Assembly (NCBI RefSeq): GCF_001194135.2
Contig: NC_068981.1
Location: 35,673,757 to 35,737,756, forward strand
From: Octopus bimaculoides
Lineage: Eukaryota
Reading direction: 5' to 3'
Length of the DNA: 64,000 nucleotides
Position numbers and translations under genes: made by a program. The notes beneath the pieces are model-generated. The model did not search any database. It saw only the letters and a program-made list of their open reading frames with translations, and was not told the origin of the DNA. The first letter of the stretch is position 1. Each line of letters begins with the position of its first letter. Positions 14,481 to 26,658 of the stretch are shown here, piece after piece.

Positions 14481-16295
14481 CTAGTAAGAGGAGCCTCTAA
14501 ATGGTAGGTCTACATTAACACTAATAACAGTCAAATAAATGACCCTCAAAATACTCTCTTAAAAACCAGAAAACATTGAAAAATTCAGCTCCAAAGAAGT
14601 TGGTTTACTGAAGCAAAATCACTTCTTAATCCATTATATATAGCTTTGTGGATCACAAGGAAAGAATTTGTGTTTATTCAATGTGTCAAAAGGTAAGGCA
14701 GTCCATTTCTCTCAAGGCTATTCACTGTTATCAAAAATCAAAAGTATGAGGAGGAATATGAAAAATCTCTAAGGAATCAAACCTCAATTGCAGAATTGGT
14801 TTTTTTTGGAGGTGCTTACTATCATTTTAAGTGACTCATGTTGTTGGCATTCTACTATGGCTAATTATGACCCACATCAGAATATTATGTTTATATCTTG
14901 ACGAGAAACTGCAGCTGTGAAGTTAAAAGAGTTAGAATTAATGGCAATATGCTCATAAGTTTGAAACCTTACAGCAGCCATTGTGTTTTGCACATAAAAA
15001 TTTTCATGTTTCAGTTTTTCTGATAAAATCTTCTATTCTTATTTGATAGTTCAGCAGTTAGCAACCAGAAGAGGTATCAACTGTGACTTCATTTGTTCCT
15101 ATAAATGAACCACTGAGGGAGTTGCTATGTGGTTGCACATAGAAATAGCAGCTAAAATCTTCCTCCTGTTATACCTTACAATCAAGCAAATAAGACACAC
15201 TGGATAAAATATTTTTGTTTTACTCTCTGGTAGCTTCATCGACATTGCTCTCTGCTGAACCTTAGCTGTCAACAGCGCCACTCCATGCCTGATAACACAC
15301 ACACATCTACATCTGAGGAGAAAATTCCCTTTTCTATCAATTTCCACCTGTCAGCTCTTTTGTTATAATGCATTATCTTCCTCACTGGTTGCTTCCTTTC
15401 ACAATCCAGTAAGGAAAGTGTCTATGGAGGTGTTTGACCTGCTAGACATAATCAAATCACCCTGAAACAACATCTTACCATCTTAAAAATAGAGGGACAG
15501 ACTGGATAATGTAGTTCAGAATACACTGTGCTGGGAAAGAAATTGAACATCTTCAGGTTGACATTCAAGGATCTCATTAATCCCTGGCCTAACATTTTAA
15601 CTATCCCTACTATCTAACAAAGGATAGAACACATTAGATAATATAATTTGAGATACATCATGCCTGAGAAAAAAAGAAAAATATAAAAAGGTGGGTTTGT
15701 TAGGGCTAGAATATCTTTGACTGTAGTTCTACTCTATTATGACTGATGTTGGAACTCAACAACAGTAGTAACAACAACAATCATCCCAATTTCAGCCTGA
15801 TAAAATATGCAATGCACCCAGGTACACACACACGCACACACACCATAAATTGCACTTATTTTGACAACTGGAATTCAAAAATAAATTTAATATTTCTGAT
15901 TAAGAAATCCTCTCTCACACTGACTGTTTTCTTTCCAATTTCTAATTCTGTGTCTTCTTTACATTCACAGTTTCTGTTTCTTGTGAAGCTACCTCACCAC
16001 TTATCTCCTCTCTGCCTTCTACTAAACATTCTAGTGACTGTTTTACATTTCACTGCAAAACATACTTCTGCTGAACATTAACTCTCTGAAATTCCTTCAT
16101 CTTCAACATTTTGTTGTAGATATTGACTTACAGAGCTGAAAAGTATCAATTGTATTGATCTCATAAGTGTCAGAGTGTCTGAGAAGATCATTGGTGCTAC
16201 TCCTTTTTGTGACTAAGACATTAACAAAAAGATAAAAAAATCTAGCTAAGCACTAAACCCTTGAAATCCATTTAACTACACTTTAAGCTTTTAAT

Positions 16296-16511
16296 CCTTT
16301 TATTACCATAGTTCCATTAAAATAAACTGTCTTTGTTTCAATTAATTTTGAAATTTATGAAGAATTTAGTTAAATAACTCTGTCATTACTAAGCTGGGGT
16401 TCAAAACAAATTATATGAAATCTGATGGAAGGTTTTAATATAGATTACTTTAAAACAGGAAGTTTGTATCCCACAACCAGTGGACTTTTGGGTAAATTAG
16501 TATGAAAAGGG
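16296..16511. mobile_element. MITE with TTAA flanks (piggyBac-like ends)
   Basis: The left end is ttaa|tcctttatt and the right end is atgaaaaggg|ttaa. The CCCTTT/AAAGGG inverted termini are degenerate. Confidence 0.4.
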
Positions 16512-17506
16512 TTAATGTGCTTAATTATAATGGTTTCAGATATACTAATATATTAGTTGTAAGGAGAAAAATAAAAATAAAAGGATGAAGTTATGAATTT
16601 CTGTGACTTAATAAAGGTTTTTCTTTAAAATAAGGGTAATGTATAAACATAGGTGAGTATAGTATGTTTTTACAAATACTGCTACTACTTGATATGAATA
16701 GTTTGAATAGGAAAGGGTTGACAACTTATTTTAACCATTTGTGGTTACCATTCTCTTCCTCAGATAATAATATTGTGAATGAGTCATTTAACTATTTAAG
16801 AATTTGTAAAACTTTGCATGTATTTCTTAAAAGTGTATTTCTTAAAAGTTTTGCCAGACTATCTGTAACCTAGTCAATGACGCATTTCCACTGTATCTGA
16901 TACAATAGAATTATGATTGGGCCTAGAAGTATGATGAAACTTTTTGACACTTCATAATAGACTACTTTTGAGAAACAAACAGAAAGAAAGTGTAAGAGTT
17001 TTTGTGTGTTCTTAAATGGTTAAAAATTACTTTCACAATGCAATTGCTTCACTTTCAACACATGGTCTCAGAACAAGTCATTTGTTAAACAACTAGAACT
17101 TTGACATATACACATACATGTGTGTGTGTGTGTGTGTGCGCGTGTGTGTGTGTGCGTGTGTGTGTGCGTGTGTGTGTGTGTAGGTATAGGTATTATTGCT
17201 GATCTCACATGATAATGAACGATTAGAGTTGTTGAAGATGTGAAATATGTCAAGAAAAGTATGAAGTATTTCTATTTATATAGTTACCTGTCAATCTGTC
17301 TATTTATACATCCATTCAACTGATCTACGCATGTATGTATACATACATATGAGTATGCATGTATGTGTGTGTAGCTATGTATCTATCCATCTAGCCTATC
17401 AATCCATATACAAGTCTTTATTTGTGTGTATGTGTGTACATGTGTGGTGTACATACACTCACACACTCACATACAAATATATGTATTTATGAAGATGTAT
17501 GTATGA

Positions 17507-17585
<79 letters not shown>

Positions 17586-17596
17586 TATAGATATAC

Positions 17597-17632
<36 letters not shown>

Positions 17633-18864
17633 CTCTATCTATCTATCTATAGATATATATATTTATGTATATGTGTGTGCATGTGTACATATGTATATAT
17701 ATCTATATAAAAATTATATGTATATATATATATGTTTTGCATAGATACATCTGTGTGTGTGTATATTTGTGTACACACACACACTCACTCACTCACTCAC
17801 TAATCAAAGAAAGAAGGAAAGAAAGAAATTTATACAAACATAGTTTTCATATCTCACCTATTTCTGTGTTGGACATTAACAAGAGACACTTCACAATAAT
17901 AGTGATATGTTGAAATGAAGTTTTTGACAAGTTAAATGGAGCAGGCTAATGACTTGAAACTAGTGTGTGCATTTGCTGTGTGAGATTGCCAGCATTCCCA
18001 GTAAGTTTTGGCAAAATAACTAATAGTCTTGTACCAGATTTCTTACAGGAACACACATATTATAACTCAGTTATCTGACACTCACTAAATATATGATTGA
18101 CATGCAAGAAATCTCTCAGATATGATAGGTTCTCAGAGAAATAGTCTGCCTTTCATCCTCACACTCTCTTTCTTTTTCCTCACACACACTCATTTACTTT
18201 CTGTCTCCTTCCTTGTTCATATATATATATATATATATANNNNNNNNNNNNNNNNNNNNNNNNNNNNNNNNNNNNNNNNNNNNNNNNNNNNNNNNNNNNN
18301 NNNNNNNNNNNNNNNNNNNNNNNNNNNNNNNNNNNNNNNNNNNNNNNNNNNNNNNNNNNNNNNNNNNNNNNNNNNNNNNNNNNNNNNNNNNNNNNNNNNN
18401 NNNNNNNNNNNNNNNNNNNNNNNNNNNNNNNNNNNNNNNNNNNNNNNNNNNNNNNNNNNNNNNNNNNNNNNNNNNNNNNNNNNNNNNNNNNNNNNNNNNN
18501 NNNNNNNNNNNNNNNNNNNNNNNNNNNNNNNNNNNNNNNTATATATATATATAAATATATATATATAAATATATATATATATACAACTGAGAATGTGTGT
18601 GTGTGTTTGTCTGTCTATCTGTATGTGTGCATCACTAAAACTTGAGAACTACCCAACCGATTTCATTCAAATTTTACATATGCCTTACTTAGAAATTTTC
18701 TACTTCTTGCCTAATACGGACCTGGAGCAATCTCTTAGACTGTTTCAGTATTATGTGTCAAAAGTGAAACAATAACATCTTTATTGTAATGTGATATAAT
18801 AGTTTCCCTTTCCATAGTTTCATTTCTATTAGTTTCACTGTGTGTGTGTGTATATGTGTGTATG

Positions 18865-18898
<34 letters not shown>

Positions 18899-19856
18899 TG
18901 TTTGTAAACGCGGAGTAGATGGAGCAGGGACAACTGAAGAAGGGTAATATTCTTTATGTTGCATGTCTCGTGTCTCTGTTTGAAATGGAGAGTGGAAACA
19001 ACCAAAAGGTATAAATAAACATGGAAATCTCATCAGCCACAGAAACCAGAATAAGCATAGTTTTGCAGCATTTATAATCCAAACGCACACAGACACATGT
19101 ACACACACACACACACATCTATCGATCTGTCTGTCTGTCTGTCCGTCTGTCTGTCTGTCCGTCTGTCTGTCTGTCTGTCTGTCTGTCAGTCTGTCTGTCT
19201 GTGTATACACTCACACACATGTGTGCATACACAGGCATACACATTTATAATATATAATGTATACATATTTTGGAATTACAATGACATCGATGGTATGTCT
19301 GATTAAGAACTTTTATGTCTGAAGCTCTGACACACACCATTGTTCTTTGTGGCAGATCAAAAAGAAATCTTCTCAGTCTTACATTTATTATCAGAGATAT
19401 CCATAATTACAGTGAGAAGTAGATGGTTACAAACATATTTCTCGTTGATTTTGTTTTATGTCATAGCTCAATGTCAGCCCTGACAGTGAACCTATGAACA
19501 AAAAAATCCTCTCTAATTTATCAGGCATAATGTACCCCAGGTTATATTATCTTATGTGCCCTCCTTTTGAAAGTGGTACAGCATGGTTTGAAGATTTTAG
19601 CTGCTATTTCTAACAAACCAAGTGTCCATACAGACACTCCTACATTGTCTTGTAACCATACCGACTGTTGAGAGAAACGTCATTTTTATTAATCAAAGGT
19701 TTGTGTAATGGCTGAAAATAGTCACAACACATTAAAATATGTATTTGATGACTGAAACAGTCATTGGTGAGTCATAAATACAAAATTATGTGTAAGCGTC
19801 TGTTTGTGTGTGTTTGTATCATTATCATTGTCATCATTGTCACCATTATCATCATC

Positions 19857-20113
19857 AAAAAGTAAAGTTACCTTCTCGAGTCATGCTGACTCATAAGGGC
19901 TGATTTCTTGGTTTCTATGGCATAAAAATTCCCCACCTGATGGGATATTGGTCTGTTGCAGGATTACTCATTTTTGCCAGTTGAGTGGACTGGAGCAACA
20001 TGAAATGAAGTGTTTTTCTCAAGAACACAACGCATCACTTTGTCCCGGAATCGAAACCACAATCTTACAATCATGAGTCCAACATCCCTAGCCACTAAGC
20101 CATGTGCCTCCAC
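19857..20113 (-). mobile_element. tRNA-derived SINE (second family) with Pol III A and B boxes
   Basis: The minus-strand head is gtggaggcacaTGGCTTAGTGGctagg...gtGGTTTCGATTCCggg, followed by a CORE-like ttgagaaaaacacttcatttc...ccactcaactgg body and a tail running into (GAT)n. Confidence 0.7.
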
Positions 20114-21460
20114 ATCATCATATTTTCACTGGATGCCCTTCCCGTCACTAACATCACTCATTTCTAAGCAAGGTAATATTTCCCCATAGCTGGACATGTT
20201 TTTCCACTGAAGACTTGGAGATGAGGGTCACCACACTTGCATGTATGATGGTGACATTCTTTTATGACTATTGAGTGATGCCATAACTAGGACACACACA
20301 TACACACACATATACCGTGGGCTTCTTTCAGTTTCCTCTTACTAAATTCACTCATGAAGCTTTGGTTAGCCTGGGGTTATTGTAGAAGACATTTACCCAA
20401 GATGCAATACAGTCAGAGTGAACCTGAAGCCACATGGTTGGGAAGCATACTTCTTAACTTCACGGCTATGCTACCTATATTGCTGTAACTTTTTATTATT
20501 TTTTCCTTAGTACTACTGCTTGAATGTTTAATTTTGCTGCTGCTTATTTTTCCAGCATTGCTCATGTGCTCTATTGTTTTGTATTGTTCATGTCCTTTGT
20601 GTCTTGTCTCCATATGTTTAACTTTAAAAATCATTTCTGACAGGTGTTAATACCACTAGGTTACTAGAGCGTCAACTGGGGCTAGCAACTTTATCCTAAG
20701 GAATTGAAACCATGTTAATCCCTAGAGAGACAGCCAATGAAGGGATTTTTTTCGTTTCCTTCATCTGTTATATGTCTTCATTGTTTTTACCAAATGTCTT
20801 TCATATATATGTATATATGTGTGTGTGTGTGTGCATGCGTGTGTGTGTATTTCATCATAATCATTTCTTCTTTATTAAGTTGGCATGTTTTGAACAAAGA
20901 CTTTTTGAGGCAGTAACTTAGAGCTGGATGTTCTTCCTTTTGCTAACCCATATGTGCTTTGAGTAAGAGATTTTTATTGTGTAGTCAAAACTAGAAACGG
21001 AGGAAAATGAAATCTTTAAAAGTCAACATTCAAGGGCTCTACCAAAACTATGGCTTAGTATCTTAAATTATCTAGATACTCCCAGACCACATTTCTTACT
21101 ATGGAGCCAATTCATACTATGAGTCTCATTAACTTAAGCACTTAAGAAGAAATATGCCATCTAAATGCTTACAAGGCCATTGCTAGTTTTAATATTTCTG
21201 AACATTTATTATTTTTCTTATTTTGTCCCTTTGTGAGTCATCTTTTTCTAATGATAGATGTTCACTTCCCCGTGTTTATATGCATTGATATGTCTACACA
21301 TGCCCATGTGTGTATTTGTGTATGTGTGGGTGTGCACCATGCAGATATGTATGTTTAAGTTTCTCACCAGATACTCCACATAATTCATCCTAAATAGTAC
21401 TAGTCACATATTTTTTAACTGGTCGATTCTTATAACCATTTTCCCTTTCACTAACTCTTC

Positions 21461-21551
<91 letters not shown>

Positions 21552-21567
21552 CGCGTGTGTATATATG
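21461..21567. repeat. Alternating purine-pyrimidine tract (AT)4(GT)n(GC)6(GT)n
   Basis: Read directly from the sequence. Confidence 0.95.
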
Positions 21568-22662
21568 AAAATTTGTTCCTTAGAACAAAGAACGGTAGAC
21601 TTGAAAAAAAAGTACAGTTTATAATGAAGTAAAGTAAGCTGTATAAATATTCAATGCAGCTGAGAAAGCTTTATTTCTTTCAAAAGATCAATTGTTTCTT
21701 CTAATGAATAATCGATTGTTTCACAGCAGACATAGCAGCAATGCTTTGCATGTACCCAGGGACTGTACATCAAGTATGAATAACAATGGAGTTGCATACA
21801 TTGTTATTCACCATGCTGAGATTCAACGACCACAATGCTAGCTACAACTTAAATATCTTGCTCTGGATCACTTGAACACTTCCAAGTTCAATCATATGCT
21901 TGAGTTTGGCATAGTTTGTCCAAATTGTAGCAACTGGGTGTTGCCATTACAAATGACTTGGATAAAGAATTTAACAACTGGCATTGTTTGTTGTGGTTGG
22001 TGGAAATGTAGCTCATCCAAGATGGCACAGTCATTCAATATATTCTTCCTAAGAGTGGTGGTGCCATGAGTAGTGTCACAGCAGACCTGCTAACAATGAC
22101 AGGAAACCAGCTATGAAATCCTTAAACCAGGTATGGCATTTAATGGCAACCCAGAAGCCATTGTGTGGAATAGTTACTTGCTCAACGCACATTCTTCCAA
22201 ATAGCAGAACTGTAGCTCAGCTTGCTGATCTACCTTAAGCCCACCAAATCATCTTTCATTAGTAGCTTAGGTATTCAAACTTTTCTTAGCCATCAGTTTT
22301 CCTCAATAGTACCAAACTTTTTTGGTATGTATATTTTTTTTACTCCTTATGGATACACTACACACACATAGAATACATAAAAAAATGATTGTATTTTCTG
22401 AGTTATATGTTATGGTTTTATATCTAAGTTAACTCTTTTGTTGCTGAAATTGTGAGTATCTCTTTTTTCTGTATTTTTACTTTTTAGCTCCTGATAGAAG
22501 AAAAACTAACAATATGGTATACCCTCAAGTACTGCAATAGACTGTGGAGAAAGTGACATATGAGAAAAAGAATTCATTTAGAATAATTGTGTAAACTGGT
22601 ACAGTATTTTGAAAAAGTGCATATTTTCAGAAAATAAAGTAATAATGTAGGTGTATGTATTT

Positions 22663-22709
<47 letters not shown>

Positions 22710-23400
22710 ATTTTTATGAAGCTCAACTTGTATCATCATTTGGTTTACTTGGATGTGAATGAAACCACATTAAATTATTATTATTATGCATTTTTGTTTA
22801 TTTCAGTTAAGTTTACCATCCATTACATATCTTTTGAAAATGTCCATTGTTGAAAGAAACATGCACACATGCATACATAAATATACAACTGGCTTCCAAG
22901 CTGTTTCCATCTGTCAACTACTTACCAATCCTTGGTTAACTTTATGATAAAAGAAACTTGCCTACGTTAGTGCTTAGTGGAAATGAACCTGGAACCAAGT
23001 GATTGCAAAATAAACTGCTTAAGCAAACAGCTATGTCTGCACTCAAATACTGCGATTGATAAGTTTACCATTCTGCATTAAATGATTGTGATGTAATATC
23101 TTTGTCTGGATCAAGTGGTTTCAAATTAATATATTTTGGTAGTAACTTTTGCTTAATACATGAGGTATTAGATTAATCCCAGAAAAAACATCTATACTTA
23201 TTACATAGACACACAGTCGTCTTTTTTAAGTCTATATGTATTGAGGAAAATTTGTTCAAAAATACTTCAGTGTGAATATGTGCATGTTCTATGGTTCTGC
23301 TGTGTGTGTGTATATATATATATATATGAGGCATTTAAAAGTATAGTCTAAATGAGAAAAAAGAGACCAAATTGTATCACATTTATATACATATGTCTCT

Positions 23401-23463
<63 letters not shown>

Positions 23464-24539
23464 TGGATGTGTGTGTGTGTCTGAAATAAATATAGAATTG
23501 AACAATGATAGTCGCAACAGTATCTACATTTAGAAATAGTGTGAAAGCTGTCGACGTGAAGACTATTATTCAGTAATTTGTCTGTTAAGTTATTAATTAT
23601 AAAGAATATAATTGCATTAAAAGATAATATTTTTTACTTTGGCAGGCAGCTACAATTTTGATTGAATCAAATCCAGTACATGATTGCTACTTATTTTATT
23701 GAACATCAAAGAATAGTTTTTATTTTAGACAGAATACCAGCAGTCTTGAGGCAAAGGAGTTAATTGATTCCATCAACCCCAGTACTTGACTGGTACTTTA
23801 TTTTATAGACTCTGAATGATGAAAAGCAATGTTGAACTTATGAGATTTAAGCTTAGGATGGAAAGAGCCAGAACAAATACCACAAAATATTTTTGTCTAA
23901 TGCTTTGATGATTCTGCAAGCTTATCACCTGAAAAATGCTAGCTCTAAAGAAAGAAAAGAAAAATTAGCTCTTGTGGGCTCTCAACTCGGAACAGAGAAG
24001 AATGGCAAATAAATATCATAAAGCATTCTGTCAGCTGTTCTACTGTTTTCTTCCACTGGACTCAGACTTGAAGAACAGCATTAGAAATTAGCTTCATGAT
24101 TATGAGGCTCCAGTTTTAATCCCACTGCATAGTAATTTGAACAACTATCTTTTTCTATAGTTTTGGGTTGACCTAAATCTTGTAAGTGAAGATGTAGGGA
24201 GGTCTGTTTGATGAATGATACACTGAAGGGCCAGTTGTGTCACACTGTATTACACTAATACTGCTAGATAGCTAAATTTCTGGTAAATGTATGTGCAAAA
24301 TGTTCTGTCACATACATGTTAATTTAATGAATAATTATTTCAGTGGATGTGCATTGTCAAAACCAATTAAGGAACCATAATGTTCCTTCTATTCTGTAAT
24401 ATTCTATGGCATTAAAAAATGATTTCTTACATAGGGTCAAATTCAAAACTTTTTTGAGTAAGAGGTATATAGTCTATTATATCAATTCTAATTCTTGACT
24501 GCTATTCATTTCATTGATCACAAGGATGACTTTATGGAG

Positions 24540-24720
24540 TGGCTCAACCTGCCAGAAATAATAGCTAAATCTCTCTGCAATCACAACCTACTATCTTAAA
24601 AATGAAAGGATGTATTGGATAATGTAGTTCAAGATATCCTGTCTACAGAAAAGGAAGAACGGTCAAGTCTGGAACACTGTTCATCATAGATCTTATTCAA
24701 TCATAGTTAACTTTGATCTA
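24540..24720 (+). repeat. Dispersed ~180-bp repeat family, unclassified non-autonomous element
   Basis: Similar segments lie at about 15420-15590 (+), 42280-42440 (+), 19465-19640 (-), 50700-50910 (-) and 58780-58960 (-). The shared core is like cttaaaaat..aggat..attggataatgtag. Confidence 0.55.
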
Positions 24721-26154
24721 AACAGTAATGACAAATCTGATAATATGAAAGGCAAAGACAACCTCAACCAGATTTGGAAACTGAAAATAAAGGGTTATAT
24801 TACATAGATACTACAGTACTACAATTCATTGCATTACTAATTTAGTCATTATGATTCTAAATATGGAAAAATGGTGAATAAATTATATTTTTAATAGCTA
24901 AATGTAAAATGATTGATTCTAAAGAAATTTACTTTAATGTTCTGAATTGCTTAATACTTTGGTCCAGCATTTAAGTCTAGCTAATGAATAAATTAACTAA
25001 ATATATTATATATTTTTTTATATGAATATTCATGTACTACTGGAGCATAATTATGTATTGGGTTATATTGTGACAAATTTTAGATGTGATGTTTTAAAAA
25101 TTCTGGAATACTCTGTCTATACAATGACTAGTATTTAAGGATTAGGGCAATTTTGATACTAAATATATTGTCTCAAAGAAAAATTGCATGTATGTATGCA
25201 TGTACCATTTCAACGATTTTGTACAAAAATATGAATGACTGATGCATATTTATGGATGACAGTGTAGCATTATGATGTGCATATACATGTAATAATATGA
25301 TTGGCATCTAGCAAAAATTTCAAATATGATAAAGTTTCAGAGAAACAGAAATTATGTATGCACATGTTTATCTAGTGTATATTCATATATACATATGATT
25401 ATATATTTATGTGTTTGGATGTATGTACTTAAAGGTTTATGCAGTTAGATTCTTATTAAGAGCACTGCACTCATCAGTGTATGTATTTAAAAGCAGACTG
25501 ATTTATGGGAGCTTTAAGTATTATGGTTTTAAATTCCAAGTTATCTCTCTTTCTCATTCCCTCTTCCTTCAAAAGCATGTTTATGTAATATGCATACACA
25601 CATGCCTTCACACACATGCATAGATATAATTCTACTCATTAGAGAAGCATTTACACAACTAAAGCGAGTTTTAACATATAAAAAACCATAATAGATGTAT
25701 ATAACGTGACACTTATATATTAAGACGATATGTTGTCACCAATCAGCAGATCTCCAGCCACCAATTTAAATATTGCCTCATCTACTTAGATGCATACACA
25801 GACAACAAATGATATGCCTCATGATATGTAACGATGGCTCTCATATGTATCGAATGGCATATGGCTTCATACAAAAGAAATGAATTTATGTGTTAATATA
25901 AATCTGTGCATGCATGTTTTATATACATGTATATATATATGTGTGTGTGCTTATAAATATATATATATTATATACATATGTATATGTCTATATATACAAA
26001 CATACACACACACACACATAAATACATAGATTTATGTATATATTTATATATACATATGTATATGTATGTTTTAGCATTAAAAACTGTACTAGCAAGGAGA
26101 CAAGAAAAAACTTAATATGAAATATAGTTATAAGAACACCAACACTACCAACTC

Positions 26155-26658
26155 CCTACCCATCCTCCCCTATTCCTCCTCCTCCTCCCCTCCTTTTCTC
26201 CTCCTCTCCTCTTTCTCCCCTCCTATCCTCTCCCTTCTCCCTTCCTTCTCTCTTCCCTTCCTTCCCCTCTTTCCTCCTCCCCTCTTTCCTCCTCCCCTCT
26301 TTCCTCCTCCCCTCTTTCCTCCTCCCCTCTTTCCTCCTCCCCTCTTTCCTCCTCCCCTCTTTCCTCCTCCCCNNNNNNNNNNNNNNNNNNNNNNNNNNNN
26401 NNNNNNNNNNNNNNNNNNNNNNNNNNNNNNNNNNNNNNNNNNNNNNNNNNNNNNNNNNNNNNNNNNNNNNNNNNNNNNNNNNNNNNNNNNNNNNNNNNNN
26501 NNNNNNNNNNNNNNNNNNNNNNNNNNNNNNNNNNNNNNNNNNNNNNNNNNNNNNNNNNNNNNNNNNNNNNNNNNNNNNNNNNNNNNNNNNNNNNNNTTTC
26601 CTCCTCCCCTCTTTCCTCCTCCCCTCTTTCCTCCTCCCTCTCCTCCCCCTCTCCTCCT
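26155..26658. repeat. Polypyrimidine tract with a 15-bp tandem unit TTTCCTCCTCCCCTC, spanning an N-gap
   Basis: The unit repeats perfectly from 26269 to 26372 and resumes after the gap. It explains the (FPPPL)n, (GRRKE)n and (GEEER)n ORFs. Confidence 0.95.

Noticed and set aside
19662-19711. Candidate 50-nt minus-strand exon PLHKPLINKNDVSLNS with AG/GT ends
   Set aside because: The phase is compatible, but the peptide cannot continue the FN3 domain. Such site pairs are frequent by chance in AT-rich DNA.
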